Shown here in pieces: positions 39,059 to 52,900 of a stretch of 64,000 nt of DNA. The notes under the pieces are model-generated. The model was not told where the DNA came from and ran no database searches. It was given only the letters and a program-made list of their open reading frames with translations. Made by a program: the position numbers and the translations under genes. The stretch covers positions 362,142,001 through 362,206,000 of the forward strand of contig OZ024743.1 in assembly GCA_964016885.1 (NCBI GenBank), in the 5' to 3' direction. Numbering within the stretch: the stretch's first letter is position 1; each line of letters starts with the position of its first letter. The DNA comes from Eledone cirrhosa. Lineage: Eukaryota.

Positions 39059-39124
39059 CTTATATGTATACATCTATGTCGGAGCGAACACTTTAATTCT
39101 GTATATATATATATCTAAAGTCTA

Positions 39125-39360
39125 AAGTCTGTCTTAAGCCAGAAGGGTCATTTGGTCGGTGCTTATCCCGGTTTCATGGCGTGAAGCGACTCCCCCCTGG
39201 ACAGGACGCCAGTCCATCGCAGGGTTAAACCTTCAGGTATTGCTGGTACTCATTTTCAGCTGAGTATACTGGAGCAACGTGAAATGAAGTGTTTTGCTGA
39301 AGAACACAACACGCAACCTAGGAATCGAACCCACGACATTATGATCGTAAGGCCACGTGC
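39125..39360 (-). mobile_element. CORE-like tRNA-derived SINE
   Basis: Minus strand GGTTCGATTCC B-box, then GTTGTGTTCTTCAGCAAAACACTT; related to 1-221. Confidence 0.7.
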
Positions 39361-39518
39361 CTCCACTCTCTCTCTATATATATATATATTCCGATTTCAA
39401 TCTTAATTGCATCTGATGAGATATAAAATAGAGCTGATTGCAACCATTTAAAATGCGAACCTCGTGATATGTGTGATACCGAATAAAATATGTTGAACTG
39501 AAACTTCGATCTCTTTCT

Positions 39519-39561
<43 letters not shown>

Positions 39562-39645
39562 TAAGGATGGTGACATCTAGAAAACCTATGATAATAATTG
39601 ATCGACCAGGTGTGATCTAGGTATTAACAATAACATTATTTATCT

Positions 39646-39820
39646 TGGCAGTATCGGTAGAGGGTCGGACGCCATGCTTTGCAGCATAGTGACGTCCCTT
39701 TACGATCTGAGTTCAAATCCCGCCGAGGTTGACTTTGCCTTTCATCCTTACGGGGTCGATAAAATAAAGTACCAGTAATGCACTGGGTAATTGCTGGCCT
39801 TGTGCCTAAAAGTAGAAACA
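39646..39820 (+). mobile_element. Main-family SINE with TSD
   Basis: TSD ATTATTTATCT at 39635-39645 and 39821-39831. Confidence 0.9.
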
Positions 39821-40063
39821 ATTATTTATCTGTTTTTCAAGCATTGTATTATTTAAACTACATTATCCCACATGTTCGTTCAAATTTACGATATCAAAGT
39901 ATCTGTATGAGAAATTTGACTGCTATTTGTAGCACTTAGAATGGTCACTTCAATACTCTGGAGGAGCAACTCTAGTACACATTGTTCCAGCTATAACCAT
40001 GCAAAAATGTTTTTACATAGTATATTGAGCTCTAGCATATGAAATATATCCTCAATTTTTTAC

Positions 40064-40197
40064 AGTAATTTAAGATTTGGTGGGGATTTGGCTGCTGTTT
40101 TTGGTCCGTTGAGTTTCCAACATCCGAAAAACATGTGAGATGGTACCGACTGGCACGCTGATTACTGTAGATGTTCTCAAATAGAGTTGAGCTGTGA
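40064..40197 (-). other. Candidate host-gene exon (weak)
   Basis: Pyrimidine tract + TTTAG acceptor, open frame, weak GTAAAA donor. Phase-compatible with the candidate at 41183-41335. Confidence 0.2.
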
Positions 40198-41182
40198 CTA
40201 AACAAATACAAGATCAAAGAGAACAAGACCAACAACATTTATCGGTTTGAACATTAATACAATACATTATATTCTGGCAACCATTAACCATAAAAATTCA
40301 AAATGAAAATCAAAACGATATCTGAAAACAAATTAAAAACAAGAAAGTAAGTTAAAATTTTAAATAGAAATATTTACTTTAATTCAGCAGTAATGATATA
40401 AATCAAGATATTTGTTCTTGATGTGTAGAATTGTCTTGAAGAATTGGCAAACTACCAGAATTAACGTTGATTTGGAACAATTTTAAAGAGATGAATAATA
40501 TTTGTTTACATAATAATCTTCAAATAAGTCCTCCACGACAACGGTGGCGATTGTAATATGGAAAGAAAATTTGAAAAAAGCCATACTGTCACAATTTTTG
40601 TTGTTTTAATTCATAGTGCTCAGCTTTACTATTTATAAAATGTTTGGTACATCCCTACACTACCTCTCTGCCACTTGCCTTCTCAGGAGTCACTACTACG
40701 TTGGACACACAATGTTCATGGAAGAATTGGCTTAAGAACCTGTTTAACAATTAGCTTAGAGGAACATATTGTATGTTCCCACACTTTGAAACCTTGATTA
40801 AAATAAGCAAAACAGAAATATTGGCATTAGTATCTCCGCGAGAAAGTATCAAACTGCTATAGTGTGTTCAACAATAGTTCTGTTAACTCTTTAGTTATCA
40901 AAATACATTAGACCGCCCTTTGTTCTATTATTTAAAGTAATTTATATTTATCTAAAAACCTTCCCTCTCGAGTTTGGATAAGAACGTTTGTTCAGTTTTG
41001 CTCCAAACACCAACTTTTTAATGACACAGCTATATTGCTAAATCTCTTAAATTCTTGATATTTTAAGTTTGAGGAGAAATATATTATATTTGAAATGTGG
41101 TAATGAAAGGATTAAACATCTAAACTATTCCTGATAATCACAGATTCAGATCGAATGCCAAGCCCTTTACCAACTTAAGTAC

Positions 41183-41335
41183 CCATCTCTTATTCTTTCA
41201 CTATTATTCCTATTATCCACACTCATCCAAAACACATAGTTGCTCATCCCGCTAAAATAGTAACAAAAATCTTCCTCAAATGACATTTTGTCATCATAGA
41301 AAAGTAAGAGTGCATTGGATAATTGAATCACCTGT
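41183..41335 (-). other. Candidate host-gene exon (153 bp, symmetric phase)
   Basis: Strong polypyrimidine tract + CAG acceptor, a single open frame (QVIQLSNALLLFYDDKMSFEEDFCYYFSGMSNYVFWMSV...) and a GTACTT donor. No recognisable domain. Confidence 0.3.
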
Positions 41336-42029
41336 CTGAAAAAGGAAAAAAAAAAATTGATGGTCATGGATGAAATACATTTGTTCATCAGTTTAGTCAA
41401 CAGTACTAATTTCTAAAGCTTTCTCCCGGAAATGTAAACCCCACAGAAGTCCGAGTTAAATACCAACTATTACAATACAATCGCCAATATTGGAAAATGG
41501 ACAAAGAGTGTGAACACTACGGCTTCGACATTGGACTACGAAATAAATTTAAACAGGGAAATGTGTATGGCAGTACAATGTTACTACAACAATGTGGGTA
41601 TGAAGTCACATTAATACAACACTAGACAGATATCGATTAGATGTTTATGAGATTAGCAGCACTTTGTATTCACTTCTTCTTTTGGGCCTTTATTACAACA
41701 TAGCTTTGCCAACTATTATAAAACTGTCAGGAAATTCTTAAATAATTTTCTTGAAATGTCCCGTTACCCCCCCCCCCTCCTTTCTCTTTCTCGCTTTCAC
41801 CTTATCTCTCGCTCTCGCTCTTTCTCCTCTCTCTCTTTCTCCTCTCTCTCTTTCTCTCTTTCTCTCTTTCTCTCTTTCTCTCTCTCTCTCTTTTATTCTC
41901 ACTCTTTCCCTCTCTTCATTCTCCTTTCTCTCTTTCTCTCTTTCCCTCTTCCATTCTCTATTCTCCCCTGCCTTGGTGTTGCTTCGTTTCTGGCATTGTC
42001 GTAATTGTTTGTTTTATAGTAGCTGTGGT

Positions 42030-42950
42030 GGGTTATGAGGAGGAGGCGGGGAATGACGATGACGACAACCAAGACGATGAAGATGGTGGTGGTAGTGATG
42101 GTGGTTGTGGTAGTGGTGGTGGTGGTGGTGGTGGTGAAAATACTGACGATAATAACCACCATGGGAAATATTGTAATGACGATTACGGCGATGGGGTTGA
42201 TAATGAGAAGAAGAAGAAGAAGAAGAAGAAGAAGAAGAAGAAGAAGAAGAAGAAGAAGAAGAAGAAGAAGAAGAAGAAGAAGGGGACATCGATTGTTATG
42301 ATGGTGATCATGTTCTTAATCATCATCATGATAATGATGATAATGACGATGACGCAGCTATGCTAATTGTGTGTTACAATTCTTATTATTTGACTTAACT
42401 CTCGTGAAAGTAATGAAGAAGGAACGAAGGCCTTATACAATTATTAACAGTTTTAATTGTAAATTGTCTCCCTTTATTGCATTATATTTAATTTTTTCCC
42501 ATTTCTTATGTTTTCCTGTTCATTTTCATCAACGCTCACATATGTTCTTTTAATTTGGTGTATTCGTTATTCAAGAGGATGTTGTTGTTGTTGGTGTTGT
42601 TGTTGTTGTCGATGTTGTAGTTGATGTTGATGATAATAGTTGTTCTTGTTGCAGCTATAGCTGTAGCTGTTGTAGTTGATTTTGTTGCTCTAACTGTTGT
42701 TGTTGTTGTTGTTGTTATTGATGCGGCTGTTTTGTTGTTGCTATTGTTGTTCATGTTGTTGCTGATGATGCTGTTGCTGTAATTTCTGTTACTGTTGTTG
42801 TTTCCCTTGATGTTGTAGCTTTTGTTGTTGTTGTCAATGTTCTAGTTGATGTTGTTGATGATGTTGTTGTGTCCGTTGTTGTAAGTGTATATGAAACTGT
42901 TGTAGTTGCTTTAGATGTTCTAGCTGGGGTTGTTGTTTTTGTTATTTGAG
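42030..42950. repeat. Compound trinucleotide microsatellite region ((GGT)n, (GAA)n, (GAT)n, (GTT)n)
   Basis: Direct reading. Confidence 0.9.
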
Positions 42951-43528
42951 ATAAATAGAAATATCATGTGTTTTTGTTTGTTTAGTTGTTGTATTTAGTT
43001 GTTTTTGTTTTATATATTTACTTTTATATTTGTTACATTATTATTTCTTCCGGAGGACATATTTTTAGTAATTAGCAAAAGAAATGAAATCTTTGTCTTG
43101 CAGGAAATGGCAGAAAAGCTGTTTTCTTTTATTCTGGTCTCTTATTGATTTCTTTCTTTTTATTTCTACTTTTCCTTGTTATTAGATTTTGGGGCAAAAG
43201 CATTACTGAATTTATACTTACATACACACGTTGAAAGACAATAGAAAAATCACAAAGACCCATAGAATTGTACCTCTTATATATATGGAGTATCATGGCT
43301 AAATCGGTAGACCACCTGATAAAATATATTGTTTTATTTCAGCGGTGTCCATGTTGATTCGCACATCACTGGTATACCCTAAAGGTAATACTAGAGGCAG
43401 TTCGCTTGATGAGTAGACAAAACATTCAACAATCTGGGGTTCATGGGAAAGAAAGTTCAACGAACGGGGTCTTTGGTCGGTGATGATATCGATAAATATA
43501 GTTCTATTATATTATTATGTGATTTTAC

Positions 43529-43615
43529 TTTGCCTTTCATCCTTACGGGGTCGATAAAATAAAGTACCAGTAATGCACTGGGATAATTGCTGGCCTTGTG
43601 CCAAAAGTAGAAACA
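43529..43615 (+). mobile_element. 5'-truncated main-family SINE with 18-bp TSD
   Basis: TSD ATTATTATGTGATTTTAC at 43511-43528 and 43616-43633. Confidence 0.9.
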
Positions 43616-44459
43616 ATTATTATGTGATTTTACATTTGTCTAAGTTGAAATCTCATCTTGTATATATTTGGCTTTTGGTATGCTAAGGTCAATAAAATGA
43701 GTACAAAACTAGAGCTTGGGTCAAACTAATCGATTCACAACCACATGGCTCCGAATTAGAGTTAGATCTTGTTGCGCGGCACCCTGGGAAAATTAAACAT
43801 AGCCTAAGTTTGACCAATATCTTGTGTATTGAAATTGATACAAAGAAACTGCGCTGTAGTCCACTGGGACCGCGCTCGTCTGTATCTATAACTTTCGACT
43901 ATGTTTGCGTCGATGAAAGAAATCCACTGAGTTACAAGTGCTCCCTTATCATATCCACCGTGAGAAATACAGTAAACCAGTGGTACGATTGGCTGATTGA
44001 AAGCTTGTGACCAACGTTACTATTGTTCACACAGAATACAAGTATGAAAAGAAACAAAGAAACGAAATTGAATATTAGAATTCGTGTCAACAAATAGTGA
44101 TCTGAAAAGAGAAGCATCGGATCCAATCAGTGGGAATTGTTAGTTTGATTACTGTAAGGAAAATAGAGCTTTTTGGTGAACCATTCTGCAGAGAAAGAAT
44201 TTAGAATAGTGATTCTAAAAGTGGGAAACACAGAATCCATAAAAGCATTGTGAATTCAAAGAATGGTACTAGGTATGATGAGGAAGGACAGAGTAAAGAA
44301 ATTAAATTCGTTGTTGCAAGAAAAACTGTCACTCTTAGTTATTATTATTCAATAAAGAAAAAGAAAAGAAATGTATCCTTAGAGCGAACAACGGAAGCAA
44401 AGACTCCACTACTCTCTTCATTGTTGAAACAGAAAAGGTTCGTATAAAGATGTCAGATA

Positions 44460-44790
44460 ATGACAAAGCAAGCATAATCTGGGATACGCCAATGCAGACA
44501 GGAAGATCAAAGCCAACAGACCAAATATTTTAATCGCAGACCAAAAAGAAAGAAAATATCTTCGAATTGATGCATCTATCTCCACAGATAACAATTTATT
44601 TATCGCGGAAATTGAGAAAGTATCCAAATATAAAGATCGGGAGCTAGAAATGACCCGAATATGAATGAGGAAAACAGAAAATCCTATAATAATAGGTGTT
44701 CTGGGAATGATAAAAGAACACACAGACAGATGCATAAGCAAAGCCCTGGGGTGTACAAATATATAGAAAGTATAAAAATTAGCACACATG
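44460..44790 (+). pseudogene. Degenerate R4/Dong-like RLE fragment
   Basis: DRKIKANRP.I, IDASI, EKVSKYKD.ELE and PIIIGVLG. Confidence 0.7.
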
Positions 44791-45877
44791 CAGGGCTATA
44801 CAGTTATTTGAGGACACGATTTTAATAGCTCTAACATTTTTCTAATTTGTCCTGATTATCATGTTTATTCAGGTAATTCGGACAGACATCAAGTTAACTT
44901 AGCAAATAAAAAGGCAGGCTATAATGGTTGCCTTAAAGGCAGATCATAGTGATTTAGAGATTGCTCGTTTCCCGAAAGTCACACGGCTGTTTGTTGTCAA
45001 AGTTCGCAATGAACTGGAAAACACTGGCGGAAAATTTAAACCACTTGATAAGAATTCCAAAACCATCCACATTTGTACGAATTGTGCAGATAATTAACGA
45101 TAAGAATCCTTAAAAGTCAATTAGCGTCTATGCTCCTTAGGAGCCCAAAGTTTCAAGGCACACTATCGGAGGAATTGTGCACGATAACATTCAATATAAG
45201 CCATATGTGAATCAGAGAGGCCAGTTCTTGACTGCAAGGACAAATGGCAATCGTATGATCTGCAAAAATCTCTTATTGAGTAAGCTGAATGATGAAGAAC
45301 CTGATTAGAGAAACTTTGATCTGGACCAAACGGGCAAACGAACGAATGACAGATAGGTACAAAGAGACCCTTAAAACGTCCCAACGATCATGCACACAAT
45401 GTTTCAAGTAACTGTGCTGGTTCTGGGAGTCATGGGCAACGAAGAAGGTGTCATGACTTCTCATGTCTTTCCTCTGGGATTAAGGGTCAATGTGCCGTCT
45501 CATAAAACCAAGACGACCCACGAATTGATGTGATACAATCTCCACAATGACGTCACCCAGAATGTATGGCCTCCTTGTTCTCGACCTGAATACATTGGAC
45601 TAATATGTGTGGGGGGTAACCCTATAAAATCTCTGAAGTTCGCCATAACTGGCACAATGTTCAAAATATATAAAGATCATCTGATCTGGGCATGCCAGTA
45701 TTACAGACCACGTAGTGAAGCAGTCATCGAAGCTAACGGCGAATTCATTACATAGCTGCGTCAAGAAGAGTCTCAAGATTATTCACGACAACTTCTCCTG
45801 AAATAAAGCTCGCTTTTCATAACTTATGCGTCTTTTACTAAATTTATGCGAATGTCTTCAAAGTACTCTATTACGAA
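44791..45877 (+). mobile_element. Decayed Tc1/mariner superfamily DNA transposon (DD37D/maT-like)
   Basis: Transposase remnants VLVLGV..NE..VM..H.FP.GLRVN (~45415-45495), WPP.S.DLN.LD..VW (~45565-45615) and R.EAVIEANG. Degraded TIRs: ATACAGTTATTTGAGGACA (~44798-44816) vs TGTCTTCAAAGTACTCTAT (45853-45871). Confidence 0.7.
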
Positions 45878-46034
45878 GTGACTTCTAGAAATTACAATAC
45901 TGAAAATAGCACTACACAAACACAAGGCAAATAGAGGTGTGTACAGTAACGCAGTGACAACACGCAATACTACTATTACTGCTGCTGCTGCTACTATTAC
46001 TACTACTACTACTACTAAGAATAATAGTAATAAT

Positions 46035-46218
46035 AATTGTTTCTACTATTGGCACAAGGCCAGCAATTACCCAGTACTTTTACTGGTACTTTATTTTATC
46101 GACCCCGTAAGGATGAAAGGCAAAGTTAACCTCGGCGGGATTTGAACTCAGAATGGCAAGGGCCGTAACTCTATGCGTCAAAGCATGGCGTCCGACCCTC
46201 TACCGATACTGCTAATCC

Positions 46219-46219
<1 letters not shown>
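46035..46219 (-). mobile_element. Main-family SINE between (TAA)n tracts
   Basis: Reverse complement of 4240-4423. Confidence 0.9.
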
Positions 46220-46253
<34 letters not shown>

Positions 46254-46254
<1 letters not shown>

Positions 46255-46905
46255 TTCATTTATTGGCCACAAGGGCTAACATATAGAGGACAATACAAAA
46301 GACTGGGACAGTGGGATTTTACAGAAAAATCGAGAAAACAATGTGTATAACAATAACAAAGTAACAAAAAAATACAAGAAAAATTCCACAATAGGGGGGA
46401 TGACCACACAGGGTTCGGTCAGGTACCCCACCAATCCTGAACGACCAGACGCTTCGAGAGCACCCTGGAAGGGCACCCCTCTCCTCCTCAAATTTACCCA
46501 CCTACAGACGCATGACCAGAGAAGGCCCACTCACACGGGCTATTCTCGCCACATTCACCCACCTTTCAGCAAATTTACTGGGGGGCAACACTTCTCTCTT
46601 CACCCTTAACTTCCTTTCCAAGTGAAACTTGAAAAAGGTGATGAGGGATTGGCCGAAGAGAAAAGTGTCTGTCTTCAGTCCTTTCAACCTGGTCCACCAT
46701 ACAACCTCTTTCGCTACTGCCACAAGACAGGAAAATTTCCTGCCCTTCCAGGCCAAAAGATGGCGGGGATCGATCTTCACTATGGACTCGGCCGATAGCC
46801 GGATCCGTTCTACACGCGACAACAGCTGTTCGACATAACTCTACAAGTCAGTAATGCACGGACACTGGACGTGTGCGTGCAGAACGGTCTCGTCGCTCTG
46901 CGCGC
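46254..46905 (-). mobile_element. 3' end of an L1/Tx1-like (APE-type) LINE
   Basis: C..SDETVLHAHVQCP zinc-finger-like region, AVAKEVVWWTR and F.ERW. The 3' UTR ends GTTAGCCCTTGTGGCCAATAAATGAAA(TTA)n. Confidence 0.7.
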
Positions 46906-47318
46906 ATCTTGATATGTCCGTTCCAATAGATGTCCGTTCCAATGTATCTATAAAAACATTTGAAAAATTGAGCAAGTATAAGGACCTGGAGATAGAAATT
47001 GGAAAAATGTGGAAATTGAGAACTAAAACAATACCAGTGGTTGTAGGCGCTCTAGGAATGATACCTAAGGTGTCTAATGATTACTTATCGCAAATCCCAG
47101 GAAACCCACGTATAGGAGAAATACAAAAGATAGTACTAATGCCCATATACTAAGGAAGATTCTGTCAATATAAGTACATCACAAGTCTAAACACCTAAAG
47201 ATGCATGTGTGAGTATGTATGTTCTTTCTTGAACATGGCGAACCTTGTTGTCTCTTGAGGTCACTGGTTGTGACTTGGTGATAACTCCTATGAACATAAA
47301 GTAAGATAAATGCAGCTG
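46906..47318 (+). mobile_element. 3' fragment of Dong-like family 2
   Basis: Near-identical to ~59280-59691; ends in (TAA)n. Confidence 0.9.
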
Positions 47319-47487
47319 TAATAATAATAATAATAATAATAATGCTTTCTTTATTAACCACAAGGGTTTACATAAAGTAGACATTAAGGACAGTACAGGA
47401 CAATACAGGACGGTACAAATGGGCATTTATGCGCGTAAAAAAAACAGAGGATGTAATTAAAAAAAAAATAATAATAATAATAATAAT

Positions 47488-47677
47488 TGACTATCTACAA
47501 CATGTTCCACAAGAGGAGTGATGTCTATAGACTCTACTTAAGGAGATCTGAAGGTGGAAGAGGTCTTATCAGCATAGAGGACTGTGTTCAGATGGAGAAA
47601 AACAACCTACACAAATACGTGACCGATAGTAATGCTCAGAATTGTACTGAAGGAGAGGACAATAGACCAGGGGATGA
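47488..47677 (+). mobile_element. Short internal fragment of Dong-like family 1 after (TAA)n
   Basis: Matches ~53412-53610 (HKRSDV.RLYLRRSEGGRGL). Confidence 0.85.
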
Positions 47678-47679
47678 CT

Positions 47680-49680
47680 TACCCTGATCGTGTAGGGAAG
47701 AGCCCGCAGAACCGTCCCTTCGGGTGGTCATGGGTGTCTCCAAGATGATATCTGTATAGATTCTCTTGGACAGTGACCCTCTGAAATCCCCAACTGCGTT
47801 GGGAAATTTTTGTTTTAATTGTTTGTAATCTTCGAGTTCAATTTCCACAATGTTAATATTTTTTGGTAATGTTCTTGGTGTTGGTGGGATGTGGTAATTT
47901 ACGTATCGGTGTGCTGTTTTATATGTTCCATTAATCCTTGGTGTGCAATGTTTATAGCTGTGTACTTTTTCTGGGAAGGGTGTTTTGTTGCTGTTTTCTT
48001 GTTGTTGCTGTTGGGTGAGAGTGCTTTGTTGTGTTTGCGATGTTGCTGTTTGTGGTGAAGCTGGTGGTGGTGGTGGTGTGGTTGTTGATGATGGTGGTGC
48101 CTGTCGTGGTGATGGTGGTGGCGTTACTGCAAGTCTCCTTGCAGCCTTTACCCTTCTTTGTTTGTCCTCGCTTTTGGAGGGCGTAGTGAAGTGGTTCTTT
48201 CGTTTTTGTTTTTTGTAGACCTTTTGCAACTTCACTCCCGCCTCATACTCCATGTCGGATTCCGTAGCGTCTTGCAGGGGTATGTGCTCCACGGCTGTTG
48301 GTGGTGGTAGTATAGCACTCTCCGGCGATTTTGCTTGTGCAGTTACTGCAGATGTAGCTACTGGTGTTGCCGCCACTGCTGCCGCTCTTTTAGTTGTCCG
48401 CGGCCTCGGTATGGGTGCCACGGATGTTGCCCTCCTACTCACCGTGGAAGGGTCTTCTGCCTCTGTTGCCTGCCCTGCTCTTGGTAGTAGCGTATCAGGC
48501 GTCGTAAGGAGGGGTGGCCCTCTTCTTGGCTGTCTTCTGCGGGAAAAAGCTCCTGAGGTTACCCCTTTGCCCACAGAGATAGCACTTTGGGCGCCTTCCT
48601 TCCACGCTTATAGGCAGTTGGAGTCGTTCCTCGAGGTCTATGATATCTGGGATGGCCTCGATGCACTCCTGGTCAGTTTGTATCAGCATTTGCATGCCTA
48701 TGCCTGACCAGTTCTCTCTTCCCATTCTCTGTATTTGCAGTATGGTGGTCCTGCCCTCCATTCCAGCAAGGACAGACGCGACCAGCCAAGGTATGGGGAC
48801 GTCGGGCGGCACCTGGGTCACTTTGACCCTCACAATTTTCTGCCCACAGTAGGAGGGCACTAAGACTATCTCCTCACTCTTTAGGGTTTCCAAAGACTAA
48901 GACTTCGCCTCTTGGGGGTGGCGAAAGTACGTCTACTGTGGCATACTTTTTGCGTCGGATGATGTGGGTTTTGCGCGCCCAGACGCACCCCAAGACCTTT
49001 TCAATTTGGGCCTCCGTGGCTCTCTCCGCCCGATGTGACATTTTGCTTACGGTGCGGTAAGTCACCGTCCGTAGCTGCTGGTCCTTGAAAAAATTGGGTG
49101 GGGCTTTCAGGGAAACTCTATTGTCATTTCTCGACACCATGGCCCTTGCGACTGCCATCTCCTCCTCCGTGACTAGCACTGTTTCTATATTTCGGGCCAC
49201 GCCTGCGAAAGAAGTGGCCCCTTTTTCAGCGGCACCATTATTGCTGCCGCTACTGCTGCTACTGGTCTTGTTGTTGGTGCTGTTGCTGTTGCTACTGCTA
49301 CAAACGGTATTGTTGGTGTTGTTGCTGTTACCACTGTTGTAGTTGGTTGTATTTTTGGTGCCACCGTTGTTGTTGTTTTCGGTGCAATTTGTATTGTTGT
49401 TGTTGGTGTTGTCGTTGTTTATTTTCTTGTTAGTGGTGTTAATATCGTTGTTGCATTTGTTGTCATTTTTGTTGTTGTCTGTATTTTGGTTGTCACTGTT
49501 ATTGTTGTAGTTGGTGTGGTAATTTTTTTCAAATTAATGTTCCCAGTGTTGTTGTCATTGCTGTCTTTGTTCACGTTGTTTGTGGTGGTATTTGTTGTAT
49601 CAATTTCTGTAACCCTCTCTCAACTTTTACGCCATTGTCACACGACAGCAGACATTGCTGCGGCTGGCTCAGCCATGTTT
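47680..49680 (-). pseudogene. Frameshifted ORF1 (gag-like; RRM-like region and degenerate CCHC knuckle) of an L1/Tx1-like LINE
   Basis: Consecutive overlapping ORFs 48874-49200, 48495-48893 and 47636-48574; VEGRRPKCYLCGQRG.LRS; low-complexity P/T/A/Q flanks. Confidence 0.65.
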
Positions 49681-49877
49681 TCCTTTGATAATTTTTAAAA
49701 GTAAAATGTTCAAATATTTGTCACACGACAGCAGACATTGCAAATATTATACTTTTCCCTTCACAGGGCAAAGTCCAAGGGCTTATATCCCTTACACAAC
49801 AAGGAAAATTTAACAACAAATAATTATAACAGGTAAATAGACTTACGACAGCGAGCAAAAAGACGTCCGATCAGACC

Positions 49878-49918
<41 letters not shown>

Positions 49919-49924
49919 GAGCCG

Positions 49925-52900
49925 GTGGGAAATGAAGGTGAGGAGGTCCTGAGAACGGAGGAACCACCCGAAGCAGACAATGATCTGAATACTGAGATAA
50001 ATAATACCTGGAACAGAGATACGGCCACTGAGGAGATGAATGCTGACGGGCTAGGACAAGATTCGGTTGACATCCTAAATTTAGTGGTAGATGAATTGAA
50101 CAATGATAGTGGGAGACCTATGAACCTAAGATTTGTAGACAGGAAAAAGTTAAAAGAAACAACAGCTAAGGTAAACAAAGTCATCCCATACCTTGAGGCG
50201 AGGAGCCTTCACCAGTGCAACAATATCCTCAAAGCAACAGCAAATACGGTGAGGAAACTACTTGGCATAAAAGCGAGAGGAAACAACAGACAAGAAAGAG
50301 CAGAGCCGTGGTGGAAGAAGCGACTGAGTGGGCAAATCGGGGAAATGAGAAATGACATAGGAAAGCTTGAGTCACTACTGAATGGGACACTAAAAAACAT
50401 AGGCACTAAAAATAGACTGGAAATAAAATACAAAACTAGGAGTAAAAAGCTAAATATTATCATAGAGGAATTGAAGCAACGCATTGTAGCAAAGAGTGCA
50501 AAAATCAGGCGATACGAGAACAGAGTCAGTCAGTATAAACAGAACCGCATGTTCGACAACAACCAGAAGATGCTGTTTGGACAGCTTGAGGGGAAAGAAA
50601 GAGGCAACGACTTGATCCCTGGGGCGGAACAAACTAAAACATTCTGGAGAGGAATATGGGAGCAGGATGTTAGACACAATGCCCAGGCAGGGTGGATTGA
50701 GACAGTACAGAGGGAGATCGGTGAGCAGGCACAACAACAGACTGATTTGAGTATCACAGTTGAAACTCTTAAGGGGCAAGCCAAAAAACTAACCAACTGG
50801 AAATCACCAGGCCCAGATGGTGTGCAGGGGTATTGGATTAAACATTTAACATCCCTCCACCCGAAGCTGACGGCCATGTTAAATGACTGCTTGGTGTCGG
50901 GTGAGGTGCCAGAGTGGTTGACAAAAGGTACCACAGTTCTGATAATGAAAGACCGAATCAAGGGTAATGATGTTACCAACTATAGACCTATCACATGTCT
51001 GTCCGTAATGTGGAAACTGTTGACGAGCATTGTGTCTGAGGAAATCTACCATCACCTCCACACAAACAACTTGTTACCGGACGAACAGAAAGGATGCCGA
51101 AAGAAGTCACGTGGTACAAAGGACCAGTTGCTTATTGATAAGATGGTAATGGGGAATTGCAGGAGGAGACACACTGATCTTGCCATGGGATGGATAGACT
51201 ACAAAAAGGCATTTGACATGGTGCCTCATTCCTGGATCACCAAAAGCCTGGAGATCTTCAGGGTGGCAGATAACATCAGACAGTTGCTAGGCAGGAGTAT
51301 GGGGTCCTGGGAGACAGAGCTGACATCAACTGGAGTATCCTTGGGAAGCGTGAAGATCAAGAGAGGTATCTTCCAGGGAGATAGCCTGTCTCCTCTGTTG
51401 TTTGTCCTTGCCCTGATGCCCTTGACCATTATGCTGCGAAAAGTGAGAGCAGGATACAAGTTGGGAAGGGGAGAGCTTACCATCAATCACCTCCTCTTCA
51501 TGGACGATCTTAAGCTCTTCGGGAAAAGTGAGAAGGAGTTGGATGTGCTTGTTGACACTGTCCGTATTTTCAGCAGTGGTATATGTATGCAGTTTGGTAT
51601 TGGTAAATGTGGAATCATTGTGATGAAGAGGGGTAGGTTGAGCAGAAGTAACGGGATCCAGATACCAACAGGTGAGATGATAAAGGAAATTGACTCTGAG
51701 GAAGGATACAAATATTTGGGCGTTCTGGAGGCTGATGGCATAAAGAACAAAAAAATGAAGGAATTGTTAAGAACTGAATACATTCGGAGAGTAAGGAGCG
51801 TATTGAAGTCACATCTGAACAGCAGAAATGCCATAAACGCAGTAAATTCCCGAGCTGTGTCTATTATTAGGTACAGTGCGGGAATTCTGAGATGGAATGT
51901 TGCTGAACAAAAAGAAATGGATAGGAAGACTAGGAAGCTATTGACTATCTACAACATGTTCCACAAGAGGAGTGATGTCGATAGACTCTACCTAAGGAGA
52001 TCTGAGGGTGGAAGAGGTCTTATCAGCATAGAGGACTGTGTTCAGATGGAGAAAAACAACCTATACAAATACGTGACCTATAGTAAGGAGCCAATGCTCA
52101 GAACTGTACTGAAGGAGGGGACAGTAGGCCAGGGGATGTCCAAGGAGGAAATAACATCAAGGAGGAAGAGCAGCCTTAAGGGAAAATCCCTTCATAGTAC
52201 CTTCTTTGAGAAAACTGAATTTAGAGATCCACAGACATGGAACTGGTTGAGAAGAGGAGACCTCAAAAAGGCTACAGAAGGAATGCTAATGGCTGCGCAG
52301 GAGCAGGCCCTCAAAACGAAGTGGTTGAAGCACCATATCTACAAGGAGGAGGCTAGCCCACTGTGCAGGATCTGTGGAGAGAGAGAGGAGACTGTGGCTC
52401 ACATTGTGTCCGAGTGTAAACACCTAGCCCAGACCCACTATAAGGGCTGGAGACACGATGTGATGGGCAGGGTGATCCACTGGCACCTGTGCAAAGTAAA
52501 CAATCTACCACATTCTGAGAAATGGTATGAGCATAGGCCAGAGGCGGTGATGGAGAACAATCAGGTGAAGGTGCTGTGGGATTTTAGGATACAGACGGAC
52601 AAAAAACTGGAACACAATAGACCTGACCTGGTGGTTGTGGACAAAGAAAAAAGATCGTGCCTGATTGTGGATGTGGCCTGCCCGTTCGACACGAGAGTGC
52701 AAGAGAAGGAGAGGGAGAAAATTAACCGATACCAGGACCTAAAGTGGGAGGTGAAAAGGATATGGAACTGCCATGAAGTCAAAGTGATCCCGATTGTCAT
52801 AGGCGCACTGGGGACTATCTCCAAAAGTTTCCAGGGATGGTTAAAGAAAATCGGCCCCTTCACGCTTTTTGGAACGCTTCAAAAGGCATGCTTGCTTGGA

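Noticed and set aside
42536-42950. Thr-rich mucin-like ORF on minus strand
   Set aside because: Degenerate (GTT)n/(GCT)n microsatellite with no clear splice signals or domain.
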